Below, in pieces: positions 27,161 through 39,734 of a stretch of 64,000 nt of DNA (positions within the stretch are counted from its first letter, which is position 1; every line of letters starts with the position of its first letter). The DNA is from Camelus ferus (taxonomy: Eukaryota). The position numbers and the translations under genes were made by a program. The notes under the pieces are model-generated. The model was given only the letters and a program-made list of their open reading frames with translations, ran no database searches and was not told the origin of the DNA. The stretch covers positions 116,810,001-116,874,000 of the forward strand of contig NC_045697.1 in assembly GCF_009834535.1 (NCBI RefSeq), given 5' to 3'.

Positions 27161-30100
27161 GTGACTAAGATGGTGGAGTAGGAAGACCCTAAGCTCACCA
27201 TGTGCACCAAAATTACGACTGTTTACAGAGCATGTATGAATGACCTGAAGACTAGCAGAAAAGATCTTCTACAGCTGAAGATATAAAGAAGGAATCACTA
27301 GGGGTTGGGTAGGAGGGGCAGAAACATGGTAGAGTCAAGACCTACACCCTTGGGTGGGCTACCTATAAATGGGAGAATAATCACAATTGCAGATTCCCTT
27401 GAGGAGTGAGACATTCAAGCCCTATACTGGTCTCCCCAGACGGGGTTCCCTCATGGGGAAGATGAACTCTCAGAACTTCCAGCTTTGAAGGCCAGCGAGA
27501 CACGTGTTTAGGGAAAACCAGAGGGCTAGAGGAAAGAGAGATTCCACTCTTCCCCGACCCAAGGCAGAGCAGTAATTTGAAAGGAGCCTGCATCAGACCC
27601 ACCTGCTGATCTTGGAGAGCCTCCTGGAGAAGCAGGAGGCAACTGAAACTCACCTTGGGGAACAGATGTTGGCAATAGACATTTTTAGGAAATCATTCTG
27701 CCAGGAGGACACTGGTGCTAGCAAGCACCATTCTGAAGTCCTCCCACTAGCCTACTGACAGTGGGGCCCAGCCCCACCCAAAGGCCAGCTGTCACCAGTC
27801 CTCTGGTGCCCCAGGCCAGGGAGTCAGTGCTGCTTTCATACTCATTGTGTGAGGCCAGCATCCCCTTGATACCAAACCAAACACATCACACAAAAAGAAA
27901 ATGACAGGCTAATATCCCCGATGAACATAGATGCAAAGATGCTCAACAAAATATTAGCAAACAGAGTTCAACAATACATGAAAAGGATCAGACATCATGA
28001 CCAAGTGGGAACTTTCCCAGGGATGCAGGTCTATTTCAATATCTCCAAATCAATGCGATGCATCACATGAACAAACTGAAGAATAACAATTGTATGATCA
28101 CCTGAATAAATGCAGAAAAAGCTTTAGACAAAATTCAATATCCATTTATGATAAAAACTCTCAACAAAGTGGGTATGGGGGAACATACCTCAACATAATA
28201 AAGGCCACATATGATAAACCCACAGGTAATATCATACTCAACTGTGAAAAGCTGAAAGCATTTCCTGTAAGACCAGGAACAAGACAAGGATACCCACTCT
28301 CACCACTTTTATTCAGTACGGTATTGGAAGTCCTAGCCATGGGCAATGGGAAGGAAAAAAAATTAATAAAAGGAATCCAAATGGACAGGAAGAGGTGAAA
28401 CTGTCACTGCTTGCAGATGACATGACACTGTACACAGAAAACCTTAAGAATGCATCAAAAAACAATAGTTTTTTTTTGAATAAATGAATTCAGCAAAGTT
28501 GCAGGATACACTAATAATGAACTATCAGAGAAAGAATTTAAGAAAACAATCTCATTTACAACAGCATCAAAAAGAATGAAATACCTAGGAATACACTCAA
28601 CCAAGGAGGTAAAAGACCTGTGCTTGAAAAACTATAAGACACTGATGAAACAGATTGAAGACAAACAGAGGGAAAGATATACCATGCTCATGGATCAAAA
28701 GGCTATCGTTAAAAAGACTATAGTTCCCAAGGCAGTCTAGACATTCCATGCAATTCCTGTCAAAACGCCAATGGCATTTTGCGTAGAACTAGAGCAAATA
28801 ATTCCAACATTTGTATGGAAACACAAAAGCCTCTGAAGAGCCAAAACAATTTTGAGAAAGAAAAACGAAAGCTTGAGTTATCATGCTCCCTGATTCCAAA
28901 TTACAAAGCCACAGGCATCAAAACAGTATGGTACTGGCACAGAAACAGACACATAGATCAAAGGAACAGAATAGAGAGTCCAGAAATGAACCCACACACA
29001 GACGGTCAATTAACCTATGAGGAAGGAGGCAAGAATCTCCAATGGGGAGAAGAAAGTTTCTTCAGCAAATGGCAGTGGGTAAACTGGACAGCTACACATG
29101 AAAGACTCAAACTGGACTGCTTGCTCAAACCATGTACCAAAATGAACTCACAATGAATAAAAGACGTAAATGTAAGGCCTGAGACCATAAAACTCCCACA
29201 AGAAAACACCGGCAGTACGCTGTCTGACGTTGGCTTTAGCAATTTTTTTTTGAATCTGTCTCTTCATGCAAGGGAAACAAAAGCAAAAAATTAAAAAAAA
29301 AAAATGGGACTACATCTAATTAAAAAGCTTTTGCACAGCATTGGAGACCATCAATAAAACTAAAATGCTGCCTACTAAATCAGAGAAGATAGTAAAAGGT
29401 TAGTATCCAAAATATATGAGGAACTCATAAAACTCAATGCCAAAAAAAAAAAAAAAAGAAAACCTAATTAAAAACTGAGCAGAGGTCCTGAATAGACATT
29501 TTTCCAATGAAGACAGAGATGGCCAACAGGCACACGAGAAGATGCTCAACATCACTAATCATCAGAGAAATGCAAATCAAAACTATGATGAGGTATCACC
29601 TCACACCAGTCAGAATGGCTATCATTCAAAAGTCCACAAATGACAAATGCTGGAGAGGCTGTGGATAAAAGGGAACCCTCCTACACTGCTGGTGGGGATG
29701 CAGCTTGGTGTAGCCACTGTGGAAAACAATACGGAGGTTCCTTAAAAAACTAAAAATAGAACTACCATACCATCCACAAAATCCAATTATTGGTACCTTT
29801 CTGAAAAATTAAAAAAAAACTAAAACACTAAAACAAAAAAACCCCTAAAATTCAAAAAGATACATGCACACCCATATTCACTGCAGCATTATTTACAATA
29901 GCCAAGATATGGAAGCATCCTAAGTGCCAGTGATGGCTTAATGAATAAAAAATATATTATATATATACACACACATATATACACATACACACAATTGACT
30001 ATTACTTGGCCATAAAAATAAGGAAATCTTGCCATTTGCGACAACGTGGATGGACCTAGAAGGTATTATGTTGAGTGAAATAAGTCATAAGAGAGATAAA

Positions 30101-30460
30101 TATCGTGTGGTTTCACTTATATGTGGAATCCAAAAAACAAAACAAAGGAACAAACATAACAAAGAACAGGCTCATAGATACAGAGAACAAATAGGTGGTT
30201 ACCAGAGGTGAGCAGGGTTGTGGGCTGAGTGAAACAGGTAAGTGGGTTAAAGGGTACAAAATCAGAGAGTCATGGAGATGAACTGTACGGTATGCAAACT
30301 GCAGTGAATTATATTGTAATACCTTTGTGTGGTGTCAGATAGTAACTAAACATGTTGTGGTGATCATTCTGTAATGTACAGAAATACCAAATCACTGTGT
30401 TGTGCACCAGAAACCAACATAGTGTCGTAGGTCAATTATACTTCAATTGAAAAAAAAAAA
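27161..30460 (+). mobile_element. Internally deleted LINE-1 (5' UTR joined to mid-ORF2, then 3' UTR and poly-A) in TMEM144 intron 1
   Basis: 5' end aagatggtggagtaggaagacc. From ~27832, ORF2 RT remnants ([38 protein letters not shown]). A-tail at 30450-30460. Confidence 0.88.
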
Positions 30461-30774
30461 CCACTCTGGGAGGAAATGTGTCAAAATACTGAAGACAGCG
30501 ATCTCTGAAGGGTGAGGAAGGTGATAGTAATTTTTTACTTCATGCTTTTATGTATTTCTAGTAGTCTGCAATGAACAAGTAGCCCTTGTAAATTGAGAAA
30601 GAAAACAATAAATGTCATGAAAAATGAAAAACAAAAACCTTAGAATCTCTTAAATCCCTTCAAAATTAAAGCTCTTGGAAAACATCTTCAGGACTCCCAG
30701 AAAGTACAAGGTCAGCAGTGTCTCTTTCATAATTCTACCAGCCAGTCAGCAGGACAAAGGAAAGCAGCTGATCA

Positions 30775-30968
30775 GCTGTCTGTGCAATCTGGTAGCCACT
30801 GGCCACATCTGGGTAACGAAATTCTCACTGAAATTAACTAAAGTTTAGTTATGTAACTAAATTTCAAGTGCTTGATGGTCACATAGAGCCAGCAGCTACC
30901 ATATTGGACAGTGCAGATTATATACAGATTTCTATCATTACAGAACAGTTCTACTGGACAACGCTGCT
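30775..30968. mobile_element. hAT-Charlie MITE (MER33-like)
   Basis: ggtagccactggccacat...tttcaagtgct...ccatattggacagtgc...ttctactggacaacgctg. Confidence 0.7.
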
Positions 30969-32439
30969 AAGTTTATTCAGAAGTTCCAGTTTTCCACAAA
31001 GAAAAGGACCAAAACCCAAACAGCCAAGAATCAGACATTTTTCATAAGATAATTCAGAAAAGGCTTTTTTGCACATAATCCACCTTCTTAGCTGCACAAG
31101 GTACACAGGAAAAAGCAACACCACGAGTCATTTTTATCACAGGAGGTAACCAGAGCCACACCCTGATACCATTCTGAAATCATAGTTTTGCACATTGACC
31201 TTTTGGTTCATTCACTTTTCGATATAGGTCCTCTGGAATGGAATTGAAAATAATCCAGTCTTTTTTACCCCCCGAACTGAATATGACAGTGATAATTTCT
31301 TATGGTTAAGTATTGAATAAAGTATATCTGAAATCACTTTTCCTTATTACTTTATCTTACAATGATAAATATTTACTTTAAAGGTGTTTCATTTTTTCAC
31401 ATACTCGTTCCTTATATGTTCTTTGCAGAGAACTTTAAATGTGCAACTACTTACAATTTATGGTCTTTGGTATTATTAAAGATGGTTTAACCAAAACTAG
31501 GGGTAACTTCAAAAGTGATCAATAAATCGGAGTAAGAAAGGTATCTGTTTGAAACTTTGTGTGCTTTCTTAAAACAAAACATTTTAACCAAAATCATCTA
31601 AGTGAAACAAAACCTTTATAAACACATTGCTAAGAGAACGCCTAGCCCTGAGAATTAGCAATGTTAGTGAAAAGATGGCTTTACTGACGAATATTGGCAG
31701 CCCTAAACCTCTCATATTTCACTGAAAGAACCCTCTGGTGTGTTTATCAGAGATCAAAAGCTGCATTTTGACTGCTGGGAGAACATTAACCAGTGTTACT
31801 TAAAGTTCTTACTTGCAGGTAAATGAACATTATTGCATGCACCTCTGGTACATTTCAGAAACCATGTGACCTAATATCATCCTGGGTTGGCAAAGTTTAC
31901 TACCTTTAAGGAACAGTCTTTTTAAATCAATGACATTTTTGTGGAAAAGAAAAAGAGTATCACGTTAGCACATTGGTCCCAATGCTTTCTAATGCAAACC
32001 TGTCCGGTCAACAAATCTCAAACTACTTCAAAATAACTTTTAAATTAATTTAGTATATTTTAGATTAAACTAGTTTTCTAATGGCTATTTTAAGTATCCA
32101 CTGATACTTTATTAAACTATATTTATTTATTTTTGTTCTAGTGCTTTTGTTTCATTGATGAGTATTTTTCCTCTAAACCTCTCCCAACAATTTAAAGTTT
32201 TCCTCCAAATCTCCCCTAGCAATTTAAACTTCTCTGCAGACCTTTGTTGTTAGTATTCGGTGTGTTCTGATCAATATTGCTTGTTCCACTTCGACGAAGA
32301 TTTCGGTTTTAGTTTCATGTTAATTTCCTCAAATCTCCTGGCAAGCTCCCCTGGTGTCTTGGCTAAAATGAGCAGCGCTTGATTTTACTTATTCTGAGCC
32401 TTGATTTTTACGTTATCTTATTTCATTTTCTAAATTACG

Positions 32440-32875
32440 AGCATGCTTTGCAAAATCATCCGAGGCTCCCGGCAAAGCTGCTGGGTTTCCCGGAGCCGCC
32501 GTACTCACTGCGCTGCCGCGGCTCAAACTCGCTCCTGCTCGGCGCCAGCCGCCTCCCCCGCGCCGGCGCCGAGCCTGCACCCGCCCCACTCCCTCTGCGT
32601 TCAGCCCGGCCCGCCTGGACTTCTCGCGGGACAATTACCTGTGCTCGGGCGGGCAGGAGGCGAGGGCAGGACTCTGGCACGCAGGACCTGGAGGCCTCGT
32701 TCCCACGGCTCCCTGGGTGGCCCGGGCAACCGTGGCCTCCTGCGGAGACGACCACCTGCACGCCTGGGGGAGGGGAGGGCTGACCCGGGGCCGCAGGTTG
32801 GAAACCACCTTCCTGGCAGCTGGGCAGCCGCACCGTCACGTGACTTGTGTGAGGTCATCGGGCCTCTGTCAATCA
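32440..32875 (-). promoter_or_regulatory. TMEM144: CpG island / TMEM144 promoter with non-coding first exon(s)
   Basis: Abrupt GC- and CpG-rich block in AT-rich surroundings. GC boxes at 32581-32586 and 32647-32652. Minus-strand donors GCA|gtgagt (exon end 32509) and CAG|gtaatt (exon end 32639). Confidence 0.85.
32835..32844. promoter_or_regulatory. Perfect palindromic CLEAR / extended E-box GTCACGTGAC (TFEB/TFE3/MITF/USF-type site)
   Basis: Exact 10-mer at the upstream edge of the CpG island; binding is inferred only. Confidence 0.7.
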
Positions 32876-33199
32876 ACCAGCAAACCAGAAAGGCTTTTGT
32901 GTGTTTTAGGAGGTGACTGTTGAGGGCACTCTGAGCCTGTCACCCTCTCCACATGTCCCAGAGCTTGGTATGATGTGTACTGTTTACGGATAAAACAAAA
33001 GGCCAAAGAATTTCACACAATTGTTAAAAACTAACTAAAGCTGATTTTTTTTTTTTTTTTGCCGAATATCAAGAAAGTCATCTCAACCGCAGATGTTTAC
33101 TAGCATCTCTTGTGACATCACAAGATTTCACCTGTGATCACGAATCCTTTATAAACGCCCTCAGACCGTTTGTCTGTATATTTATCTGTATGTACTGAG

Positions 33200-33650
33200 A
33201 GCCACCTGAGAACAGATCTAGGCTCTCAAGACTGCCCGGGGGAGGTTCTCTGTTTTGTTTCATTTTACAAATTCTAATACCTGGACCCCAGACCCATGGA
33301 AGTAGACTCTCCAGGCGGGGTGGCTGGACTTGATCTCTTCTAAAACCTCCTCCAGGTGATTCTACTGTGAAACCAGGATGGAAAATCACATTCTAGACCG
33401 AGCTGTCACATTTTATTGCTGGGAAGAATTCCCTGGAGGGTGGGTCAAGAAGCAGATACCTGACATTTTGATTCAGATTTTGAGAAACATTGCTCTAACC
33501 CTCCACTGTCCGAAGTGTAGCCACCAGCTGCCTACAGCTATTTGCATTTAAATTCGGGAAAAAATATTCAGTAGTTCACTCATACTGGACGCGTGTACGG
33601 ATTACAGAACATTTCTATCATCGCAGAAAGTTCTACGGACAGCGCGTGAC
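33200..33650. mobile_element. Cluster of hAT MITE remnants (MER5-like and MER33-like)
   Basis: ctccaggtgattct..., ttgagaaacattgctcta, and agaacatttctatcatcgcagaaagttct. Confidence 0.55.
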
Positions 33651-34634
33651 CTAGACTGTCAGCCCTGGGAGTGCGGCAGTGACCAATGCAGACTCAACCT
33701 GCGGGTAGATTCCAGAGTAGCCAGGGACAGAGACATGGACAGAGAGGCTCAGAAAGAGGAAGTGCTGGGTTCTGTTCTCGTCTAAGAGTTCAAGGAAGGC
33801 CTCTCTGAAGAAGTGACGTTTAATTGAGACATTTCAGAGGCTGGTAATTGTGGTGCAGTTCCAAGAAGGAAGAAACATCCAAGGACTGTTCACAGACAGG
33901 GTTGGCCCTGGAAGGAAGTCCTGCTTTAACTATAGTCACATGCATGAACTATGATGTAACGTAAGCGGGTAGGAGGGTAAAGTAGCATGTCACTCAAAGA
34001 AGTAAAGAAGACAAGGCTTTTCACTTAGGGGAAAGGATTAACTTAGCAGTTCAGAAAAAGTTTAAAGAATCAAGTTCCACTTTCCACCTATACATAGTCA
34101 CAGATAACGCACATACACGAACTCTCTGTCTTAAAAATATAGAGAGCCTAAAACAACCTAGAGTTGCTTCATTTTGTGATCACAAGGGATTTCAAGGAGT
34201 GATCATCTGGGTAGTTCCTGCTCCAATGGTCACATTAAGAAACTGACATTCCCTTTGTGAATTTCCTAACGTCTAAGTGCGGATTGGAAGCTGAGTCAGG
34301 TGGGAGCACATTTGTTACGGAACATCCCAGTGCAGTGCTTTTCACATCATGCTTCAGAGCCAACTGGAATATGGACAATCCTCTGCAGAAACTGAAACTT
34401 CTCTTTCAAGTTGTTCCCTATGCATTAACGCCTTAGCAGAAGGTCTGTGCAAGAGTCCTGGCAGATTCTAGAAGATCTAAGTTAACTTCCCCCATTAGCC
34501 CTTTGTCTTTGGGAAAGTCATTAATCTGTCCTAATCTCAGTTTTCTTGGACATGAAATGTCTAGCTAGGGAGATGTGTGTCCCTCACCCTGTTGTGCGGT
34601 CCAAAGCTGTAAGGGATGTCAAATATCAGTATTA

Positions 34635-37600
34635 GGACTTCCGGTTGCCGCTTTGATGTTTGAAGAGCTTAGAAGTTGTCATTACTGTCATCACAACAGG
34701 GAAAAAAGCTGAACCAACTGAAAATCAACAATTCTTCTTACATCTACCGGAGAAACTGAGGTCACAGGACAGATCATCTCCCTGAAAACTGCAGAAATAA
34801 GTAAACACAGACGATCACAGCTACTTAGCCGCGGAAGCCGCTGGAGCCAGTGACGGGTGGGGGCCACTCACACAGTCCCTGGTGAGTCACCGGAGATTGA
34901 GGGTGGCCAAGCTGAGAGGTGCAAACGTGGGGGAGCAGGGCCCGATCTTGGGGCACCCACACTTTAATGGTATATACTGGATATAATCTGAACCCTCGTA
35001 AACTTTCTCTGAACTTAGCCGCACTGTTTATGAAAATACCAGAACCAGTTGATGTTTGTGGTTTGGGGGAAAACATATTTGTGTTGGGGAATTGCTGTGC
35101 GGGCGGGGGGAATAGAGTAGGGGGTTATTTTCCAATTTTTTTGTACATTTGAAACAGTCACAATAAATGAGTCCCCTTTATACTGTCTTTTCTCCATGAA
35201 AAACAAAAACAAAAACAAACAAACAAACAAACAACCCTCTTTAATGAGCTTTATCTGCAGAAGCCCCATCAGGTTCTTCCCACGTGAAGATCAGAGGAAA
35301 CTTCCCTCTCACAGCTGGCACGTGGAGGGAGGAAGCACTCCTTCCGAAATACACCCAGAACTTTCTGTTCTGGAGACAAAGGCCGGCCCTCAGGAGAAAC
35401 TTCTGTATCAGCGCTCTGTCTGACCTAGAGGGCGAGCAGCTACACAACCTGGACCCCTTCTAGCCTGCGTCACAGGAGGGGAGAAAGGACTTCTGCTTCC
35501 TACTCTGATATTTGAAGATGTCAGAAGTGGTCACTCTTGTCTACACAACGAGAAAGAAGCTGAAAAGCTATTCTGATAGCCCAGGCTTGCAAAAAATGGA
35601 CGTTTAATCATAAAGTTAGGGCATGCCTCTCCCTTCCCTTCCCAGCACCTTATGGCCGTATTAAAAGTGCTCCAGTAAACAGCAGTGGGTTGCAACTAAG
35701 AGAATTGCAAGACATGGACACTGTTCAAAAAGGAGTTTCTTAGAAAACCCAAAGACAAAACAAAGGACATTAGGGAACAGTAAAACCTCTGACACAGCAA
35801 ACATTAAACACAGCCCAACTCCCGGCCATATTAACACAAAACCTCACACTAAAGACCTGTTCACCTTAGCTCGTATTATTGGATACATCATGGCGAGGTA
35901 AAGCACAGTCTGAAGAGATAAAGCCAGTATCAGAACCAAGACTCCGATACGGTGCAGGTTTTGGAATTATCAGGCAGGGAATTTAAATTAATATACTGAG
36001 AGCTGTATTGGAGAAAGTTTACAGCATGCAAGAACAGATGGGTAATTTAAGCAGAGAGACGAAAACCCTAAGAATTAAAAGGAAATGCCAGAAAACAAAA
36101 ACATTGCAACAGAAATGAAGAATGCTTTTCACAGCTGAGAAATAATCGGTGAGCTGGAAGATATATTGATAGAAACATCCTATGTTTAAATGTAAAGAGA
36201 AAACAGAATTTTTTAAAAACAGAACAATATTCAAAAACTCTGAAAAAATTGCAAAAAAAATAGTAAAATATAAGGAATGAGAATCCCAGAAAGAAAAAAC
36301 TGAAAGGAGAAGAAATATTTGAAGTTAATAATGGCTGAGAATTTTCCAGAATGGATGACTGACACCAAACCAGAGGCTCAGGAAGCTCAGAAAACACAAA
36401 CAGGATAAATACAAAAATATCTACATGTAGGTGTATCATAGTCAAATTGCAGAAAATCAGACAAAGAAAAAATGTTGAAAAAAGCTGGAGGGAAAAATGT
36501 ACCTTACCCATAGTGGAACAAGAATAAGATTACATCAGCCTTTGCTTCAGCAACCACGCAAGGAAGAATGGAATGAAATATTTAGAGTGTTGAAAGGAAA
36601 GCCCACCAGCGCAGAATTCTGGATCCAGTGTAAGTATCCTTTGAAAGTGAAGAGGAAATAGACTTTCTCAGGCAACAAAAGCCGAGGGAAGTTTTCACCA
36701 ATAGACCTGCCTTGGAAGAAACGTGAAAAGAAGTTCTTCATAGAGAAGAAAAATGATATAGTCAGACATTTGGATCTATGTGAAGAAAGGAAGAACATGA
36801 GAAAAGGCATAAATGAAAGTAAAAATAGGAACTTTTATTTTTATTCCTAATTGATCTAATAGAGAACTTCAGAATAATAATACCGATAACATATTGGGAG
36901 ATGATAGTTTATGGGTGAGCGAAGTGAGTGACAGCCATGCCGAAAGGGGCGGGAGGGAGGAATTGGGAACAGTTCATTATAAAGAGCCTGCACGACCCGA
37001 GAAGAGGTGTGGTGTTATTTGAAAGTGGATTTAGATTAACTGTAAATGTGTCCTGCAAATTCTAGGGTGACTCTTAAAACATTTCTTTAAAAGTATAATT
37101 AATCTGGTAAGATAGGAGAGAAAATGAAATCACATAAATGCTCAATTAAAACCAGAGAAAGCAGAGGAAGGAAGGAAGACCAAAAAGAAAACACAGAAGG
37201 GCAACAAATAGGAGAAAAGTATATGGTAGATATTAACCCACCTCTGTCAATAATCTCTTTAATGCAAATTGTCTAAATACACCAATTAAAAGAGAAAGAC
37301 TGACAGAGTGAATAAAATATAAGACCCGATTACACGCTGTTCATAAGAAACCCACTTTAATTATAAAGACACAGATTAAAAAGGATTGGAGAAAGATATA
37401 CTGTGCTAACACTGACCAGAAGAAAGCCAGGATAGCCATTTTCATTTCAGACAAAGCGGACTTCAGAACGAGGAAATTAATGTTCAGGGATCTGTAATGA
37501 TACAGGGGCCAACTCACCAGGAAGACATGGTAACCCTGTGTCTGCACCTCACAGCAGAGTGGCGAAGCGCACGGGAAAGAGCCAGATAACCCTGTAAGGA

Positions 37601-38415
37601 GAAAGAGATGCAAATGCGCTTTTATAGCCGGAGTCTTCAGCACCCCCTCAGTTTGTAATTGGCAGATCCAGCAGGTGTAAACTCAGTGAGGATATAGTCG
37701 AACTGATAAGCATCATCATTATCTGGATCTAACTGACAGCTGTGTATTTCGTCCAACCACACGGGACGACATACAGAGCACTGCGTCCCATCGCAGCTCT
37801 CCAAGATCACGTAGACCATTAACCAGGAGAGGCTACGTTCTAGGCTGTGCAAAGCATCTTCACACATTTAAGAGAATAGATATCATACAAAGCATGCTCG
37901 CAGACCACTAGAAATTACACTAGAAATCAATAATAGAAAGATAGCTGGAAAAAAAAAATCCCCAAATACTGGAAATTGCACAGCACACCTCTAAATAACT
38001 CATGAATCAAAGAAAGATTCTCAAAATGAGATTTATGTCAAACTAAATGAAAATCAAAATACTGCTTATCAAACATATGGGATGCAGCAAAAGCAGTGCA
38101 TGGAGGGAAATATATAGCATATAATACATTTATTAGAAAAGAGATATCTAAAATCAGTAATCTAAGCGTCCATATTAGAACACTGGAAACAGAAGAGCAC
38201 ATTAAATCCACAGTAAGCAGAAGGAAAAAAAGGTTAAAGTAGAAATCAATGAAATTGAAAACAGGAAAATAATAGAGAAAGTAAAGGAAACAGCTGTTTG
38301 TTTGAAAAGATCAATATTCACAAAATAAGTTTCTAAGATTTTTATTAGGATTGCGCTCAAACTATAGATGAAGTTCAGGAGAAGTGACATCATAACAATA
38401 TTTTCTTCTATCCAT
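34635..38415 (+). mobile_element. Ancient L1M: 5' UTR, ORF1 and ORF2-endonuclease remnants, with a short inverted piece at 38330-38415
   Basis: A-rich degenerate ORF1 (cagaattctggatccag...tatcctttgaaagtgaag) and EN region (aagacccgattacacgctg..., tatgggatgcagcaaaagcagtg). Confidence 0.8.
34970..35234 (+). pseudogene. Probable 5'-truncated retrocopy (mRNA 3' UTR or orphan transduction) inserted in the old L1 5' UTR
   Basis: AATAAA at 35162-35167, A-rich (AAAAAC/AAAC)n tail at 35199-35234, and flanking direct repeat ctttaatg (34962-34969, 35239-35246). Confidence 0.6.
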
Positions 38416-39234
38416 GTGTTCTACTCCCTACTTTAAGGATTCCATGTATAATGAGAAATTATGAACTGTGTGCAGGCAAAAAAAAAAAAAACCCTATTGA
38501 TTCATTAGCTAGTGTCATCATTCACTGTAGTGTTTAAAACAAACTAAATAAAAATAAGAGACCTCTCCCTGTGTTCTTTGGAAAAGAAGATGTCAACTTA
38601 ACACAAATACTTTCAAGAAGAGTTTATCATATGAAAGCAAACAAAAATTTTCCAGAATAACCTGACATTAGAAAAAATACGCTGTGACACTGACAAATGA
38701 TAGAACAGAATGTTAAAAATAAATGTGCCTGTCCTGATCCAAAGCTAGTTTTTCATGTAACATATTTCACAATAAAGTTTCCCTCAGTGAATAATAAAAC
38801 TATTGCCTTGTGTTGACTTTTTAGAATAGGGTTCATGAGAAATTAAATCTTTCTTCCTAAGAAATTTGCAAGTCTCTGATACACTGAACCAATGATCGTT
38901 TTAAGCACCCATTCTGAGTTTAGGAAAATAATAACCCTATTCACTTCTTTCTTTTTATTTATTTATGTTAAGTTCCTGAAGTCTTTAAGGCAGTGTAGAA
39001 TGAGAACACAGTGAAATAATGGGAATAAAGGATAAAAAATAGAGAACTTATAAAGAAGAGAGGAAAATCAAGATGAAACAAAGCAAAGATGTGGATTCTA
39101 AGGACACGTATAGTCACTTTACGTACCAGCAGTCAATTTCAGAGACAGCTTTATAAAAGTGGGTGCAGGTCCCAAAGGCCTACGTTTGAGGCATCTTTAA
39201 AGGTACTATGAGTTGGGTATCCTTGCGTCCTTAA

Positions 39235-39720
39235 CAGTCATGCATTCATCTGACGATAAACTGGACAGTGTTCTAGACGTTGGGGACAGTCAGCCATCCC
39301 TGCACCGACTCAGCTCTCAACTGCCAAGGGCAGAGACCACACACAATATAATGGTATAGTAAACAGCACTGTCAATAAGGAAGAAAAGTAAGGAAGGAGC
39401 ATGCGGACGGGTGTGCGTGTGGTGGTGGGGGAGCCGGCTATTTGGAAGGGTCATCAGGGAAGGCTTCCTGGAGAGGGAGACATGGAGAGAAGGCCTGAAA
39501 GCTGAGGGGAGGGGTGAGTATGGTGAGGACAGAGGCCCTGAGGCTCATCCTCAGGAGGGCAGGGAGGCCTTCGTGGGCGGAACAGGGCGCTGAGAAGGGG
39601 AAAGACAGAAGATGAAGTCGGAGAGGAGGTAGGGAGTGGACAGAGTGGGAGAGGCTTTGGGAGGCCTCCAGGGGGCTCTGGCTTTTCCTCAGAGGAAAGT
39701 GGGGAGCAGCAAAAGTTCTG
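39235..39720 (-). mobile_element. L2 remnant
   Basis: cattcat..., tctagacgttggggaca, and catcagggaaggcttcctggagag motifs. Confidence 0.6.
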
Positions 39721-39734
39721 TGATCACAGCAGAT

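Noticed and set aside
30461..30655. Possible L1 3' transduction (aaaaacaaaaac...agaatctc resembles 27100-27128)
   Set aside because: The segment looks like an older L1ME 3' end, the match is low-complexity, and a degenerate TSD directly at the L1 ends explains the data equally well.
32379..32923. Several overlapping 70-157 aa ORFs
   Set aside because: Stop-poor GC-rich CpG island; Pro/Ala/Arg/Gly-biased, with no recognisable protein.
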